A DNA stretch of 55,859 bases from Candidatus Zambryskibacteria bacterium RIFCSPLOWO2_02_FULL_39_26 (GCA_001825395.1 MHWN01000005.1:1-55859); one strand, 5' to 3'; shown: positions 41,022-50,270, counted from the stretch's first letter. Numbers and translations: made by a program. Notes: a model not told the origin generated them from the sequence alone.

Positions 41022-41879
41022 ATGCATGATAATTCTCGGGAAATCCTATCCAAGGTTTTGATTACTGGTGCAAATGGCGTTGTTGGAAGTTATATAGATT
41101 TTGGTATTAAATTGGACCATCGCTCGCTTGATATTACTGATTTAAATGAGGTACTTTCCGTGGTTTCTAAACATTCCCCGAAGTTTATTGTTCATTTGGC
41201 TGCTGAAACCGACGTTGAACGTTGTGAAAGGGATCCACAGCACGCCTACATTGTCAATTCAATTGGAACTTATAATATTGCTTTAGCCGCCAAAAGTGTC
41301 GGAGCCAAAATGATTTACATTTCAACCTCGGCAGTTTTTGACGGGTTAGATGGTCCTTATACAGAAAATGATGCGTGTAATCCTCAAAGTTATTACGCAA
41401 AATCAAAGTTTCTAGGAGAATTGATTGTTCAGGGTGTTTTAGATGACTATGTTATCGGTCGAGCATGCTGGATGTTTGGTGGGGGGAGCAAACTTGATAA
41501 AAAATTTATCTCAGCAATTATTCAGAAAATGAGAGAACCAGAAATAAAAGTTGTAAAAAAAAGATTTGGCTCACCAACTTATGCCAAAGATTTGGCGGGA
41601 GCCATAAAAAAAATGATTCTAAATAACGATAAGGGAATTTTTCACATTTCTAATGGAGGTAATCCATCAAGGGTGGATATTACCAAGGAAATTGTTAAAA
41701 TAACAGGCTCGGCTACAAAAATTACTGAAGTTGAGCCAAGTTTTTTTAGTCACGTTTATTCAGACCAGAAGGAAAATAATGAAGGCATGCTATCAAAAGT
41801 TAAAATTATGAGGTCATGGCAAGATGCTTTGAAAGATTATATAAAAGAAGAATGGTCAGATTATATAATGAAAAGATAA
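41022..41879 (+). CDS. RmlD-like dTDP-4-dehydrorhamnose reductase
   Basis: ITGANGVVG, HLAAETDVE, YISTSAVFDG, YAKSK, GSPTYAKDLA. Confidence 0.85.
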   Translation: MHDNSREILSKVLITGANGVVGSYIDFGIKLDHRSLDITDLNEVLSVVSKHSPKFIVHLAAETDVERCERDPQHAYIVNSIGTYNIALAAKSVGAKMIYISTSAVFDGLDGPYTENDACNPQSYYAKSKFLGELIVQGVLDDYVIGRACWMFGGGSKLDKKFISAIIQKMREPEIKVVKKRFGSPTYAKDLAGAIKKMILNNDKGIFHISNGGNPSRVDITKEIVKITGSATKITEVEPSFFSHVYSDQKENNEGMLSKVKIMRSWQDALKDYIKEEWSDYIMKR

Positions 41880-43108
41880 TGAAAATTTACTATCGCAGAA
41901 ATAATTGCCGTGTTTGCAATTCAACAAACTTAACCAAGGTTCTGGATTTAAATAAAACTCCTCTAGCAAATGCATTCGTAAGCAAGGAAAACTTGAAAAA
42001 GAAAGAAAAAACTTTCCCCCTTTCAGTTTATTTTTGTAACAACTGCTCGCTTGTTCAGATTCCTGATGTGGTTAATCCCGAGATATTGTTTAGCGATTAT
42101 TATTTCATAACAGCATCAAGCTCGCCACTGATAGACCATTTTAAAAAATATGGAGAAGAAATTATTAAAAAATTTATTAAGTCAAAGAGCGATCTTGTTA
42201 TAGATATTGGGGGAAATGATGCAACGTTACTTAACGAATTAAAAAATGACTGCAAAGTGTTAAATATCGAACCGGCAAAAAATATCGCGGAAATCTCGAA
42301 AAAGAGGGGAATTGAAACAATAAACCAATTTTTTTCAAAAAAAGTCGCAAAAGGTATTATAAAAAAATACGGGCATGCAACAGTGGTGACTGCAAACAAT
42401 ATCATTGCTCATACAGACACTGTCAGGGAATTATTTGAAGGAGTGGGGGATATTATCGGTGATAAAGGTGTATTTATATTTGAAGCTCATTGGGTTAAAA
42501 ATCTTCTTGTAGAGGGTTGTTTTGATCAGATTTATCATGAACACCTTTGCTACTATTCTCTTCATGCAATCAAATATTTAGCAAATTCCGTTGGTCTGTC
42601 TATTTTTGATGTAAAGACAGTTCCGACCCAAGGGCAATCACTTAGAGTATATGTGGCAAAAAATAAAAAACCCTTACCTTCTGTTTCTAAGTTTATAAAA
42701 ATTGAGCAAAAAAATGGTCTACATGAGGTAAAAACATTTGCAGATTTTTCCAAAAATGTAATTAAAAATAAAGCTAATACGGTAAAGTTGTTAAACGATT
42801 TAAAATCAAAAAACAAAAAAATAGTCGGTTACGGGGCTCCGGCAAAAGGCACTACACTTTTAAATTTTTATGAAGTTGGTCCGAAAATAATCGACTATAT
42901 TATTGATACTACTCCCATAAAGCAAGGCTTATATGTGCCCGGTGTTCATATTCCCATTTATCATCCAGAAAAACTCTACCAATCCAAACCTGATTACATA
43001 CTGCTTCTGGCCTGGAATTATGCCGATACTATTCTTGAAAAAGAAAAGGACCTAAGGGAAATGGGAGTGAAGTTTATCATCCCGGTTCCAGAAGTAAAAA
43101 TTGTCTAA
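41879..43108 (+). CDS. NDP-hexose C-methyltransferase (Zn-binding N-domain)
   Basis: CRVC...PLAN...CNNCSLVQ, DIGGND, FDQIYHEH, YGAPAKG, LLAWNY. Confidence 0.88.
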   Translation: MKIYYRRNNCRVCNSTNLTKVLDLNKTPLANAFVSKENLKKKEKTFPLSVYFCNNCSLVQIPDVVNPEILFSDYYFITASSSPLIDHFKKYGEEIIKKFIKSKSDLVIDIGGNDATLLNELKNDCKVLNIEPAKNIAEISKKRGIETINQFFSKKVAKGIIKKYGHATVVTANNIIAHTDTVRELFEGVGDIIGDKGVFIFEAHWVKNLLVEGCFDQIYHEHLCYYSLHAIKYLANSVGLSIFDVKTVPTQGQSLRVYVAKNKKPLPSVSKFIKIEQKNGLHEVKTFADFSKNVIKNKANTVKLLNDLKSKNKKIVGYGAPAKGTTLLNFYEVGPKIIDYIIDTTPIKQGLYVPGVHIPIYHPEKLYQSKPDYILLLAWNYADTILEKEKDLREMGVKFIIPVPEVKIV

Positions 43109-43152
43109 TTTTTTAACTGGCGCAGATAAAAGTCATTTGTTATACTGTTCAA

Positions 43153-45321
43153 ATGACAAAAAAAATTCTTAATTATTCCGTGCTCACTGGTTTGTTTTTG
43201 ATCCCTTTTATCGGTTTTATTGTCCCCGGCGCAATGTTCTTCCCGTTTATATCTGGCAAAGGTTTTACCTTTAGAATTTTGGTTGAAATAATTTTTGGTC
43301 TGTGGATTATTCTAGCCTTTCTTGACGCCCAGTATCGGCCGAAAATGTCTTGGATTACCAAATCAGTTTTGTTTTTTGTCGTGGCCATTTTTGTTTCAGA
43401 TCTTTTAAGCGCCAATCCTTACAAGAGTTTTTGGAGCAATTACGAGCGAATGGAAGGCTTTGTCCTGATCATTCACTTGGTTGCCTATTATTTTGTGGCT
43501 TCTTCTGTCTTAATAAAACAAAACTGGAATCGATTGTTTAATGCGACCATCTTAGCCAGTGTATTGATGTCTTTCTATGGCCTATTTCAACTTTTCGGTT
43601 GGGCTACGATCAATCAAGGTGGAGTTCGGGTTGATGCCACTTTCGGCAATTCCACATATTTCGCCATTTATCTTGTTTTCCATATTTTTCTATGCCTTTT
43701 TATGTTCCTCAAAGAGGCCAGAAGTTGGCAAAAATGGCTTTATGGTTCAGTGGCTCTTTTTGAAATTATAATTCTCTATTTTACAGCCACTCGAGGGGCC
43801 ATCCTAGGCTTTCTAGGCGGACTTTTTATCGTCAGTCTTTTCTTGGCCTGGAGAGAGCGAGAAAATAAAACTTTGCGCAAAATTTCCTACGGAATTATAA
43901 GCGGTTTTATCATTTTAATTGTCGGATTTATTTCTTTGCGTAATACAACTTTGGTTCAAAACAGTCCGGTTTTGTCTCGTTTTTCTCATTTGGGTTTGTC
44001 AGAATTTCAATCTCAAGGAAGATATTTTGTTTGGCCGATGGCTATAAAAGGTTTTGCCGAACGTCCCTTGCTCGGTTGGGGGCAGGAGAGTTTTAACTTC
44101 GTTTTTAACAAATATTACGACCCCGGACTTTATGGTCAGGAAGAATGGTTTGATCGCACTCACGACATTTTTCTGGATTGGCTGATTGCCGGCGGGATTG
44201 TGGGCTTTTTGGCCTATGCCAGCATGTATTTGACCCTTTTCTACTACATCTGGAGAAAAAATAGTATTTTGCAATTTTCCGAGAAAAGTGTTCTGACCGC
44301 CATGATGGTAGCTTATATTTTTCATAACATTTTCGTTTTTGACAATCTCATAAGCTATATTCTTTTCTTCACTTTTTTGGCTTATGTCCATTCTATAAGT
44401 GTGGAAAAGGCAGAAACTAATTCCAAATTCTACACCAAAATATTTAGAAACAACATCTCTAATTTTATAATCACTCCTATAGTGATTATTCTTACCGCAA
44501 TGACAATATATTACGTTAATATTCCAGCCATAAAAGCCAACAAAACTTTAATCCAAGCCATCAATATTAACGGATTGGCAGAATTAGAAAAGCATCTGGA
44601 ATTATTTAAAAAAGTTTTTGCTTACAATAGTTTTGGCAGTAGTGAGGCCTTGGAGCAATTAGCCCAATTCACTTCAAATGTATTTTCTTCTCAAGCTCCG
44701 GACAATATAAAACAGCAATTTTACGATTTCACCAGGGGAAAAATTGAAGAAAAAGTGGCAAAAACTCCAAAAGACGCCAGATATCTTGTTTTTGCCGGCA
44801 GTTTTTTCAATCGCTTCGGCCAATACGACCAAGCTGTAAAATATTTAGAAAGAGCGCTGCAAGAATCTCCCAAAAAACAGTCAATTTATTTTGAACTGGG
44901 GACTTCGTATATAGGTCAGGGCAATAACCAAAAAATGTTTGAACTTTTCAAACAAGCTTATGAATTAAACCCGCAATCAAAAGAATCAAGAATTATTTAC
45001 ACTATCGGAGCGATTTACACAAAAAACTCCGCAGTCTTGAAGGAAATGGCTACTTTCATAGACCAAGATACCATTATTTTTGACAACAGGTTTTTAACTA
45101 CTTACGTCAGAATAGGCGATTATAACAGCGTTATAAACATTTTATCCGCCAGGATTCAAAAGGATCCAAACAATAAACAAAACAAATTAGATCTTGCCTC
45201 AACTTACGTCAATTTAGGCCAAAAACAACAAGCCATAGACATAATCAGTCAAATGATAAAAGACGATCCTAGCTTTAAGGCCGAGGGGGAGGGTTACATC
45301 AAGCAAATCCAGAATAGTTGA
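43153..45321 (+). CDS. O-antigen ligase/Wzy_C-family membrane protein with C-terminal TPRs
   Basis: ATFGNS, TATRGA, RPLLGWG, DRTHDIFLD; C-terminal TPR helices. Confidence 0.88.
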   Translation: MTKKILNYSVLTGLFLIPFIGFIVPGAMFFPFISGKGFTFRILVEIIFGLWIILAFLDAQYRPKMSWITKSVLFFVVAIFVSDLLSANPYKSFWSNYERMEGFVLIIHLVAYYFVASSVLIKQNWNRLFNATILASVLMSFYGLFQLFGWATINQGGVRVDATFGNSTYFAIYLVFHIFLCLFMFLKEARSWQKWLYGSVALFEIIILYFTATRGAILGFLGGLFIVSLFLAWRERENKTLRKISYGIISGFIILIVGFISLRNTTLVQNSPVLSRFSHLGLSEFQSQGRYFVWPMAIKGFAERPLLGWGQESFNFVFNKYYDPGLYGQEEWFDRTHDIFLDWLIAGGIVGFLAYASMYLTLFYYIWRKNSILQFSEKSVLTAMMVAYIFHNIFVFDNLISYILFFTFLAYVHSISVEKAETNSKFYTKIFRNNISNFIITPIVIILTAMTIYYVNIPAIKANKTLIQAININGLAELEKHLELFKKVFAYNSFGSSEALEQLAQFTSNVFSSQAPDNIKQQFYDFTRGKIEEKVAKTPKDARYLVFAGSFFNRFGQYDQAVKYLERALQESPKKQSIYFELGTSYIGQGNNQKMFELFKQAYELNPQSKESRIIYTIGAIYTKNSAVLKEMATFIDQDTIIFDNRFLTTYVRIGDYNSVINILSARIQKDPNNKQNKLDLASTYVNLGQKQQAIDIISQMIKDDPSFKAEGEGYIKQIQNS

Positions 45322-45334
45322 TTTTTAGATTTAA

Positions 45335-45390
45335 AATTTTAAATTATACCATTTACCAACGATCGCGGTTTAATGGTATGATTTAAAATT
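45335..45390. repeat. Inverted repeat with 19-bp arms (1 mismatch); each arm carries an outward-facing extended -10
   Basis: AATTTTAAATTATACCATT ... AATGGTATGATTTAAAATT. Confidence 0.85.
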
Positions 45391-45398
45391 AACTAGGT

Positions 45399-45427
45399 TT
45401 GCATTTAATGTAAACCTATGGTATGAT
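45399..45427 (+). promoter_or_regulatory. Sigma70-type promoter overlapped by a palindrome (45394-45418)
   Basis: TTGCAT-17 nt-TATGAT with TGn extension; TAGGTTTGCATT-T-AATGTAAACCTA. Confidence 0.65.
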
Positions 45428-45433
45428 ACCCAT

Positions 45434-45520
45434 GTGGGTGCGTTTTATAGGATTGCTTTGCAATAATGTGGGCGTATCAACAACGAATGTTAGGAAGAGG
45501 GCCACTTCGGTGGCCTTTTT
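45434..45520 (+). ncRNA. Candidate small RNA (~87 nt)
   Basis: Lies between a promoter and a C(UUCG)G terminator; GU-rich stem with an ATTGC-TTT-GCAAT apex. Confidence 0.4.
45500..45520 (+). terminator. Intrinsic terminator with a UUCG tetraloop
   Basis: GGCCAC-TTCG-GTGGCC-TTTTT. Confidence 0.85.
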
Positions 45521-45568
45521 CCGTACTTGATTTTTAACCATATAAGTCTAAAATTAAATTGTTGTTCT

Positions 45569-45636
45569 GATGGTTGGTTAGCGGTTCGCACTCACGTATT
45601 CATTCGTTGGAGGTTCGCTTCCGCTAACCAACCATC
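45569..45636. repeat. REP-like hairpin with perfect 16-bp arms and a 36-nt loop containing three TTCG
   Basis: GATGGTTGGTTAGCGG ... CCGCTAACCAACCATC. Confidence 0.85.
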
Positions 45637-45692
45637 GGCGCAAATAAAAATTCTGTTAAACGCAGAATTTTTGTGTTATAATCCAGCTTATC

Positions 45693-48209
45693 ATGTCGTT
45701 TTTAAGCCAGTTATTTGGCGATGATTCATCCAAAATTTTGAAAGAGCTTAGTCCAATAATTGCTAAAATTAACTCTCTGGAGAATGATCTTTCAGTTCTG
45801 CCTAACGATGTCTTGAAAGCCAAAACTGCCGAATTTAAAAATCGTTTTAAAGCCGGGGAGAACCTGGATGATTTATTGCCGGAGGCTTTTGCTGTTGTTC
45901 GTGAAGCCTCCAAGAGGTGCCGAGGCGAACGGCATTTTGATGTTCAGCTTATGGGAGGGATTATCTTACACCGCGGGGGCATTTCCGAAATGAAAACCGG
46001 AGAAGGAAAAACGCTGGTAGCCACTTTGCCGGCTTATCTTAATTCTCTGACAGGTCTTGGCGTTCACGTTGTAACGGTCAATGATTATCTTTCCAGGCGT
46101 GACGCCGTTTGGATGGGAGAAATTTATTCTTTTTTGGGAGTTTCAGTCGGGGTTTTAAATCACGAGGAATCTTTTTTATACGACCCGGCTCATACAAGCG
46201 AGCTTGATAAAGAAAGAGACAAAGTGGCCTCGTTTAAAGTAGTCAATGAATTTTTACGACCTTGCACTCGCCGCGAAGCCTATCGTGCCGATATTACTTA
46301 TGGGACAAACAATGAATATGGTTTTGACTATTTAAGAGACAATCTTGAGTATGAAGAACAAAATTTGCGACAAAAAGAGCCGAATTACGCCATTGTTGAT
46401 GAAATAGATTCCATCTTAATTGACGAAGCTCGCACCCCGCTCATTATTTCCGCTCCGACAACCGATTCGGAGGATTTGTATAATCGTTTTGCTGACATCG
46501 CTATGAAACTTGAGAAGGGTCAGCATTACACCGTTGATGAGAAATTTAAATCAATAGCCTTGACTGATTCTGGAATAAGCAAGGCCGAGGAACTTTTGGA
46601 TGTGGAAAATATTTACACAGAAAAAGGTATTAAATATGTTCATCACTTGGAAACGGCCGTTCGGGCCAGGGCCTTGTTTAAAAAAGATAAAGATTATGTG
46701 GTCAAAGACGGGGAAGTGGTGATTGTGGACGAATTTACCGGACGGCTTCAGCCCGGACGACGCTGGTCCGAGGGCTTACATCAAGCCATTGAAGCCAAAG
46801 AACATGTTTCAATACAAAAAGAATCCAAAACTTTTGCTTCCATCACCTTTCAAAATTATTTCCGGCTTTACAAAAAACTTTCCGGCATGACCGGCACAGC
46901 CATGACTTCCAAGGAAGAGTTTTACAAAGTCTATGGTTTAAATGTCGTGGCTATTCCCACTAATATGTCAAATGCCAGGCTAGATCAAAATGATCTTATT
47001 TTTCAAACCGAAGTCGGAAAATTTAGGGCCATTTCTCGGGAAGTCAAAGAACGTCACAACAAAGGCCAGCCAATTTTAATCGGCACGGTTTCCATTGAGA
47101 AAAACGAAATGTTGTCTGAATTTTTGAAAGCCGAAGGAGTGCCACACGAAATTTTAAATGCCAAAAATCACGGACGAGAAGGTGAAATTATCGCTCAAGC
47201 CGGGCGTCCTTCTGCCGTAACTATTGCCACTAATATGGCCGGAAGAGGAGTGGATATAAAACTAGGTGGCAATCCAGGAAGCAAGGAAGATTATGAGAAA
47301 GTCAAATCATTTGGTGGACTTTTCGTTCTTGGAACTGAACGACATGATGCTAGACGAATTGACAACCAATTGCGGGGACGATCTGGACGACAAGGCGATC
47401 CGGGTCAGACCCAATTTTTTGTGTCGCTTGATGACCATTTGATGCGGGTTTTCGGCGGAGATTCCATAAAAAATATGATGGGTAAGGTTGGTATCAAAGA
47501 AGACGAACCGATTGAAAACCGAATGATTACTCGCTCACTTGAGAGCGCCCAGCAAAAAATAGAAGGGTTTAATTTTGACGCCAGAAAACATGTTCTGGAA
47601 TTTGACGATGTTTTGAATTATCAGCGAAAAATTTTTTACGGAAGAAGGCGAGATATTTTACTTGGGAGTGAAGACAAGGTCAAATCATACATTGGAGACA
47701 TTTTAGTTGGTTCACCTGATTCAGAAAAAGAGTTAATCGAAAAAAAAATATCCGAGGCAAACGAGGGTTATATTTTAATATTACGCAGAGTTATTTTACA
47801 GGCCATGGATATGTATTGGGTGGAACATTTGGAAGTGATGGATTATATGAGGTCTAGCGTCAATCTCCGAGCTTACGGCCAGAGAGATCCTCTAGTTGAG
47901 TACAAAAAGGAAGGTTTGATACTTTTCAAAAATATGGAATTTTCTATCAGGCAGGAGATTTTGAAACTTATTCCACAAATTCAATCTGCAGTTAAGTTTT
48001 ATAACGCGCCGGTCAAGTTGATCGAAACTCGGGAAAATGCCGAAGAAATAACCGCCCAATCTAAAAATATTTCTCAAGTTATCCATAAAACTCCAAGCGG
48101 TCAAAAAATCGGTAGAAACGACCCATGTTTCTGCGGTTCCGAAAAAAAGTACAAGAAGTGTGGTGAACTTAATACGGAAGAGCATCAGAGGTTCTTGGCA
48201 AATAAATAA
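45693..48209 (+). CDS. secA: Preprotein translocase subunit SecA
   Basis: MKTGEGKT, VTVNDYL, IVDEIDSILIDEARTPLIIS, ATNMAGRG, QLRGRSGRQGDPG, SEC-C motif GRNDPCFCGSEKKYKKC. Confidence 0.99.
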   Translation: MSFLSQLFGDDSSKILKELSPIIAKINSLENDLSVLPNDVLKAKTAEFKNRFKAGENLDDLLPEAFAVVREASKRCRGERHFDVQLMGGIILHRGGISEMKTGEGKTLVATLPAYLNSLTGLGVHVVTVNDYLSRRDAVWMGEIYSFLGVSVGVLNHEESFLYDPAHTSELDKERDKVASFKVVNEFLRPCTRREAYRADITYGTNNEYGFDYLRDNLEYEEQNLRQKEPNYAIVDEIDSILIDEARTPLIISAPTTDSEDLYNRFADIAMKLEKGQHYTVDEKFKSIALTDSGISKAEELLDVENIYTEKGIKYVHHLETAVRARALFKKDKDYVVKDGEVVIVDEFTGRLQPGRRWSEGLHQAIEAKEHVSIQKESKTFASITFQNYFRLYKKLSGMTGTAMTSKEEFYKVYGLNVVAIPTNMSNARLDQNDLIFQTEVGKFRAISREVKERHNKGQPILIGTVSIEKNEMLSEFLKAEGVPHEILNAKNHGREGEIIAQAGRPSAVTIATNMAGRGVDIKLGGNPGSKEDYEKVKSFGGLFVLGTERHDARRIDNQLRGRSGRQGDPGQTQFFVSLDDHLMRVFGGDSIKNMMGKVGIKEDEPIENRMITRSLESAQQKIEGFNFDARKHVLEFDDVLNYQRKIFYGRRRDILLGSEDKVKSYIGDILVGSPDSEKELIEKKISEANEGYILILRRVILQAMDMYWVEHLEVMDYMRSSVNLRAYGQRDPLVEYKKEGLILFKNMEFSIRQEILKLIPQIQSAVKFYNAPVKLIETRENAEEITAQSKNISQVIHKTPSGQKIGRNDPCFCGSEKKYKKCGELNTEEHQRFLANK

Positions 48210-48216
48210 ATAGTAT

Positions 48217-48675
48217 ATGGAGCATGTGGCAATAATGAGAAAATCGTGGAGATTAACACAGAAGATTTTGAGTGGCCAAAAAAAGATCGAATCTCGTTGG
48301 TATTCAGTAAAATATAGACCGTGGGATTGTATTAAGAAGGGTGAGACAATTTACTTTAAGGATTCTGGTGAACCAGTAAAAATAAGAACAAAGGTAAGAA
48401 AGGTCATACAATTATCCGACCTTACACCGAAAAAGGTTAGAAAACTATTAAATAAATATGGAAAAAATGATGGGCTAGAAAAAGAAAAAATTGTGGAATT
48501 TTTTGAGAGATTTAAAGATAAAAAATATTGTATACTTATTTTTCTAAAAAATCCGCAGAAAATTAAGCCGTTTGATCTTGATAAGACAGGATTTGGCGCA
48601 ATGTCAGCTTGGCTAACGATTGATGATGTCTCAAAAATAAAAATAACTTCACTAAAGCACGGTAAAAATCAGTAA
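48217..48675 (+). CDS. ASCH/PUA-domain protein
   Basis: HVAIM, KILSGQKKIESRW, IKKGETIYFK. Confidence 0.8.
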   Translation: MEHVAIMRKSWRLTQKILSGQKKIESRWYSVKYRPWDCIKKGETIYFKDSGEPVKIRTKVRKVIQLSDLTPKKVRKLLNKYGKNDGLEKEKIVEFFERFKDKKYCILIFLKNPQKIKPFDLDKTGFGAMSAWLTIDDVSKIKITSLKHGKNQ

Positions 48676-48721
48676 AAATTAACCAATAGAATACTTACAA
48701 ATAAAATATTTACAAAATACT

Positions 48722-48769
48722 AATATACTCATACTACTTTATATACTACAATATACTCATACTACTTTA
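48722..48769 (+). repeat. 20-bp direct repeat x2 (period 28)
   Basis: AATATACTCATACTACTTTA at 48722-48741 and 48750-48769. Confidence 0.9.
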
Positions 48770-48807
48770 GCACAAAATGAGACGATCGTCTCATTTTGTG
48801 CTAAAGT
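48764..48807. repeat. 44-bp perfect palindrome with no spacer
   Basis: ACTTTAGCACAAAATGAGACGA|TCGTCTCATTTTGTGCTAAAGT. Confidence 0.95.
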
Positions 48808-48825
48808 GTATATAATACATATATA

Positions 48826-49395
48826 ATGCATATGAATAATATGAATAGCAAGATAAATAATAAGGTTGATTTAAAAAAGGTTATTTTAAAAACAGTTGCT
48901 ACTGCAGGTGTCCTAGCCATGGCAATACTTGCGCCAAACGCAATTCAGATATTAAGGCCGTTTATAAAAAATAAGAGAAAATATAATTCAAAGTACTATT
49001 TAAATAAAAAAGCGAAAAAATTGATAGATGGCGGCTTTATTAAAATAGACATAAAAAATGGTAAGAGATTTCTTTCATTAACAGATAGAGGGGAAAGAGA
49101 ATTACTCTACTATCAAATAACAGAAAAGAAAAAATCAAAATGGGATGGCAAATGGAGAGTGGTAATTTTTGACGTTTGGGAAAATACCAGATATAAGAGA
49201 AATTTATTGCGAAACGAAATAAAAGATTTTGGGTTCGTCCAACTTCAACGCAGTGTCTGGATTTATCCGTATGAATGCGCCGATTTTATTGAATTACTCA
49301 AAACGGATTTATCATTTGGAAATAATATAAGATATATGGTTGTAGAAAAACTTGATCACGATGAAAATTTAAGGAAACGCTTTGGTATAAAGTAA
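48826..49395 (+). CDS. PaaX-like protein: winged helix plus Cas2-like ferredoxin-fold domain (not CRISPR-linked here)
   Basis: LSLTDRG wHTH end; KWDGKWRVVIFDVWE...RNLLR...GFVQLQRSVWIYP. Confidence 0.85.
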   Translation: MHMNNMNSKINNKVDLKKVILKTVATAGVLAMAILAPNAIQILRPFIKNKRKYNSKYYLNKKAKKLIDGGFIKIDIKNGKRFLSLTDRGERELLYYQITEKKKSKWDGKWRVVIFDVWENTRYKRNLLRNEIKDFGFVQLQRSVWIYPYECADFIELLKTDLSFGNNIRYMVVEKLDHDENLRKRFGIK

Positions 49396-49432
49396 GTTGA
49401 TATAAGTAAATAAAGTAAATTCATCACATGCT

Positions 49433-49465
49433 ACAAAATAGTGCGGTCGTCTTGTTTTGTGCTAA
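49433..49465. repeat. Degenerate copy of the 48764 palindrome, downstream of the PaaX/Cas2-like gene
   Basis: ACAAAATAGTGCGGTCGTCTTGTTTTGTGCTAA matches 48772-48804 at 26/33 positions without gaps. Confidence 0.8.
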
Positions 49466-49523
49466 TTATAAATTTATGATATTTATGATATTATTTAATA
49501 TATAAAAATAATATAAAAATATT

Positions 49524-49670
49524 GTGAAGAGTAAAAGTAAAAAATCCACTGAAATTCTAAATCATTTCAAATGCCGATATTGTAAAAAATGGTGGACCAT
49601 CAGTGATGCGCCAAAAGCTAAAAAAAGATGGTTTTGCACTTGGTGTGGTAAGGAAAATAAGTTTAGATAA
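49524..49670 (+). CDS. 48-aa zinc-ribbon microprotein (below the ORF-track cutoff)
   Basis: GTG start; MKSKSKKSTEILNHFKCRYCKKWWTISDAPKAKKRWFCTWCGKENKFR, with two CxxC motifs. Confidence 0.75.
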   Translation: MKSKSKKSTEILNHFKCRYCKKWWTISDAPKAKKRWFCTWCGKENKFR

Positions 49671-49749
49671 AAAAATCTTGTATTAAATTGACTTGGTTTG
49701 ATTTTTGTACTAATATGATTTAAGAATTGCAATAGGAAAGGAGGCGGGA

Positions 49750-50250
49750 GTGGAGGATGAAAAGGCCCTGCTAATTGGCAGGAAGTTTGAAACCGAGCTT
49801 TTCGGTGAGATGCCTGTCCGGTCCCAAGTTCGGCCTGGGTATCTATCGCTTGAAAGAAGTATCCAGCAACAAGTCAAAAGCAATTGGAAGAGGTTTGGTA
49901 GGGCTATTGCGTCAGGCAGAGTAGACCACAATCCCTATGAGCCAGCTACCGGTAAACTGGACCTTGTATGGAAGGCTGTCAAAAGGGCCATTGAAAGGAA
50001 ATGGCCCAAGGATGATTACTGGCCAGTCCTTCTTTACACGGCGATCGGCACGAATTCTCTTGATTGGCATCACGGGGTTGATGCTTTCGTTTGGTGGAAC
50101 GGCGTCTTTGTTACCATTGACGCTTCCACTTATTACAAGGGGGAGAAAAAGGCTGATTTCATTTTGACTGCCGCTGAATTGCGCAAACCCAACCTTTCTT
50201 ATTTCGGACAGAGGGTGGCAAACCTTCTTATACGGAGAACTCAAGAATGA
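49750..50250 (+). CDS. Hypothetical protein, GC-richer, possible PD-(D/E)xK-like fold
   Basis: SD GGAAAGGAGG before GTG; LDWHHGVDAF...VTIDAS; own terminator. Confidence 0.6.
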   Translation: MEDEKALLIGRKFETELFGEMPVRSQVRPGYLSLERSIQQQVKSNWKRFGRAIASGRVDHNPYEPATGKLDLVWKAVKRAIERKWPKDDYWPVLLYTAIGTNSLDWHHGVDAFVWWNGVFVTIDASTYYKGEKKADFILTAAELRKPNLSYFGQRVANLLIRRTQE

Positions 50251-50270
50251 AAGTGAAACGGTAACCAATT

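Noticed and set aside
48722..49465. CRISPR-Cas locus (Cas2-like gene plus direct repeats)
   Set aside because: Only two 20-bp AT-rich repeats with an 8-nt gap; no spacer array, cas1 or effector gene in the window.
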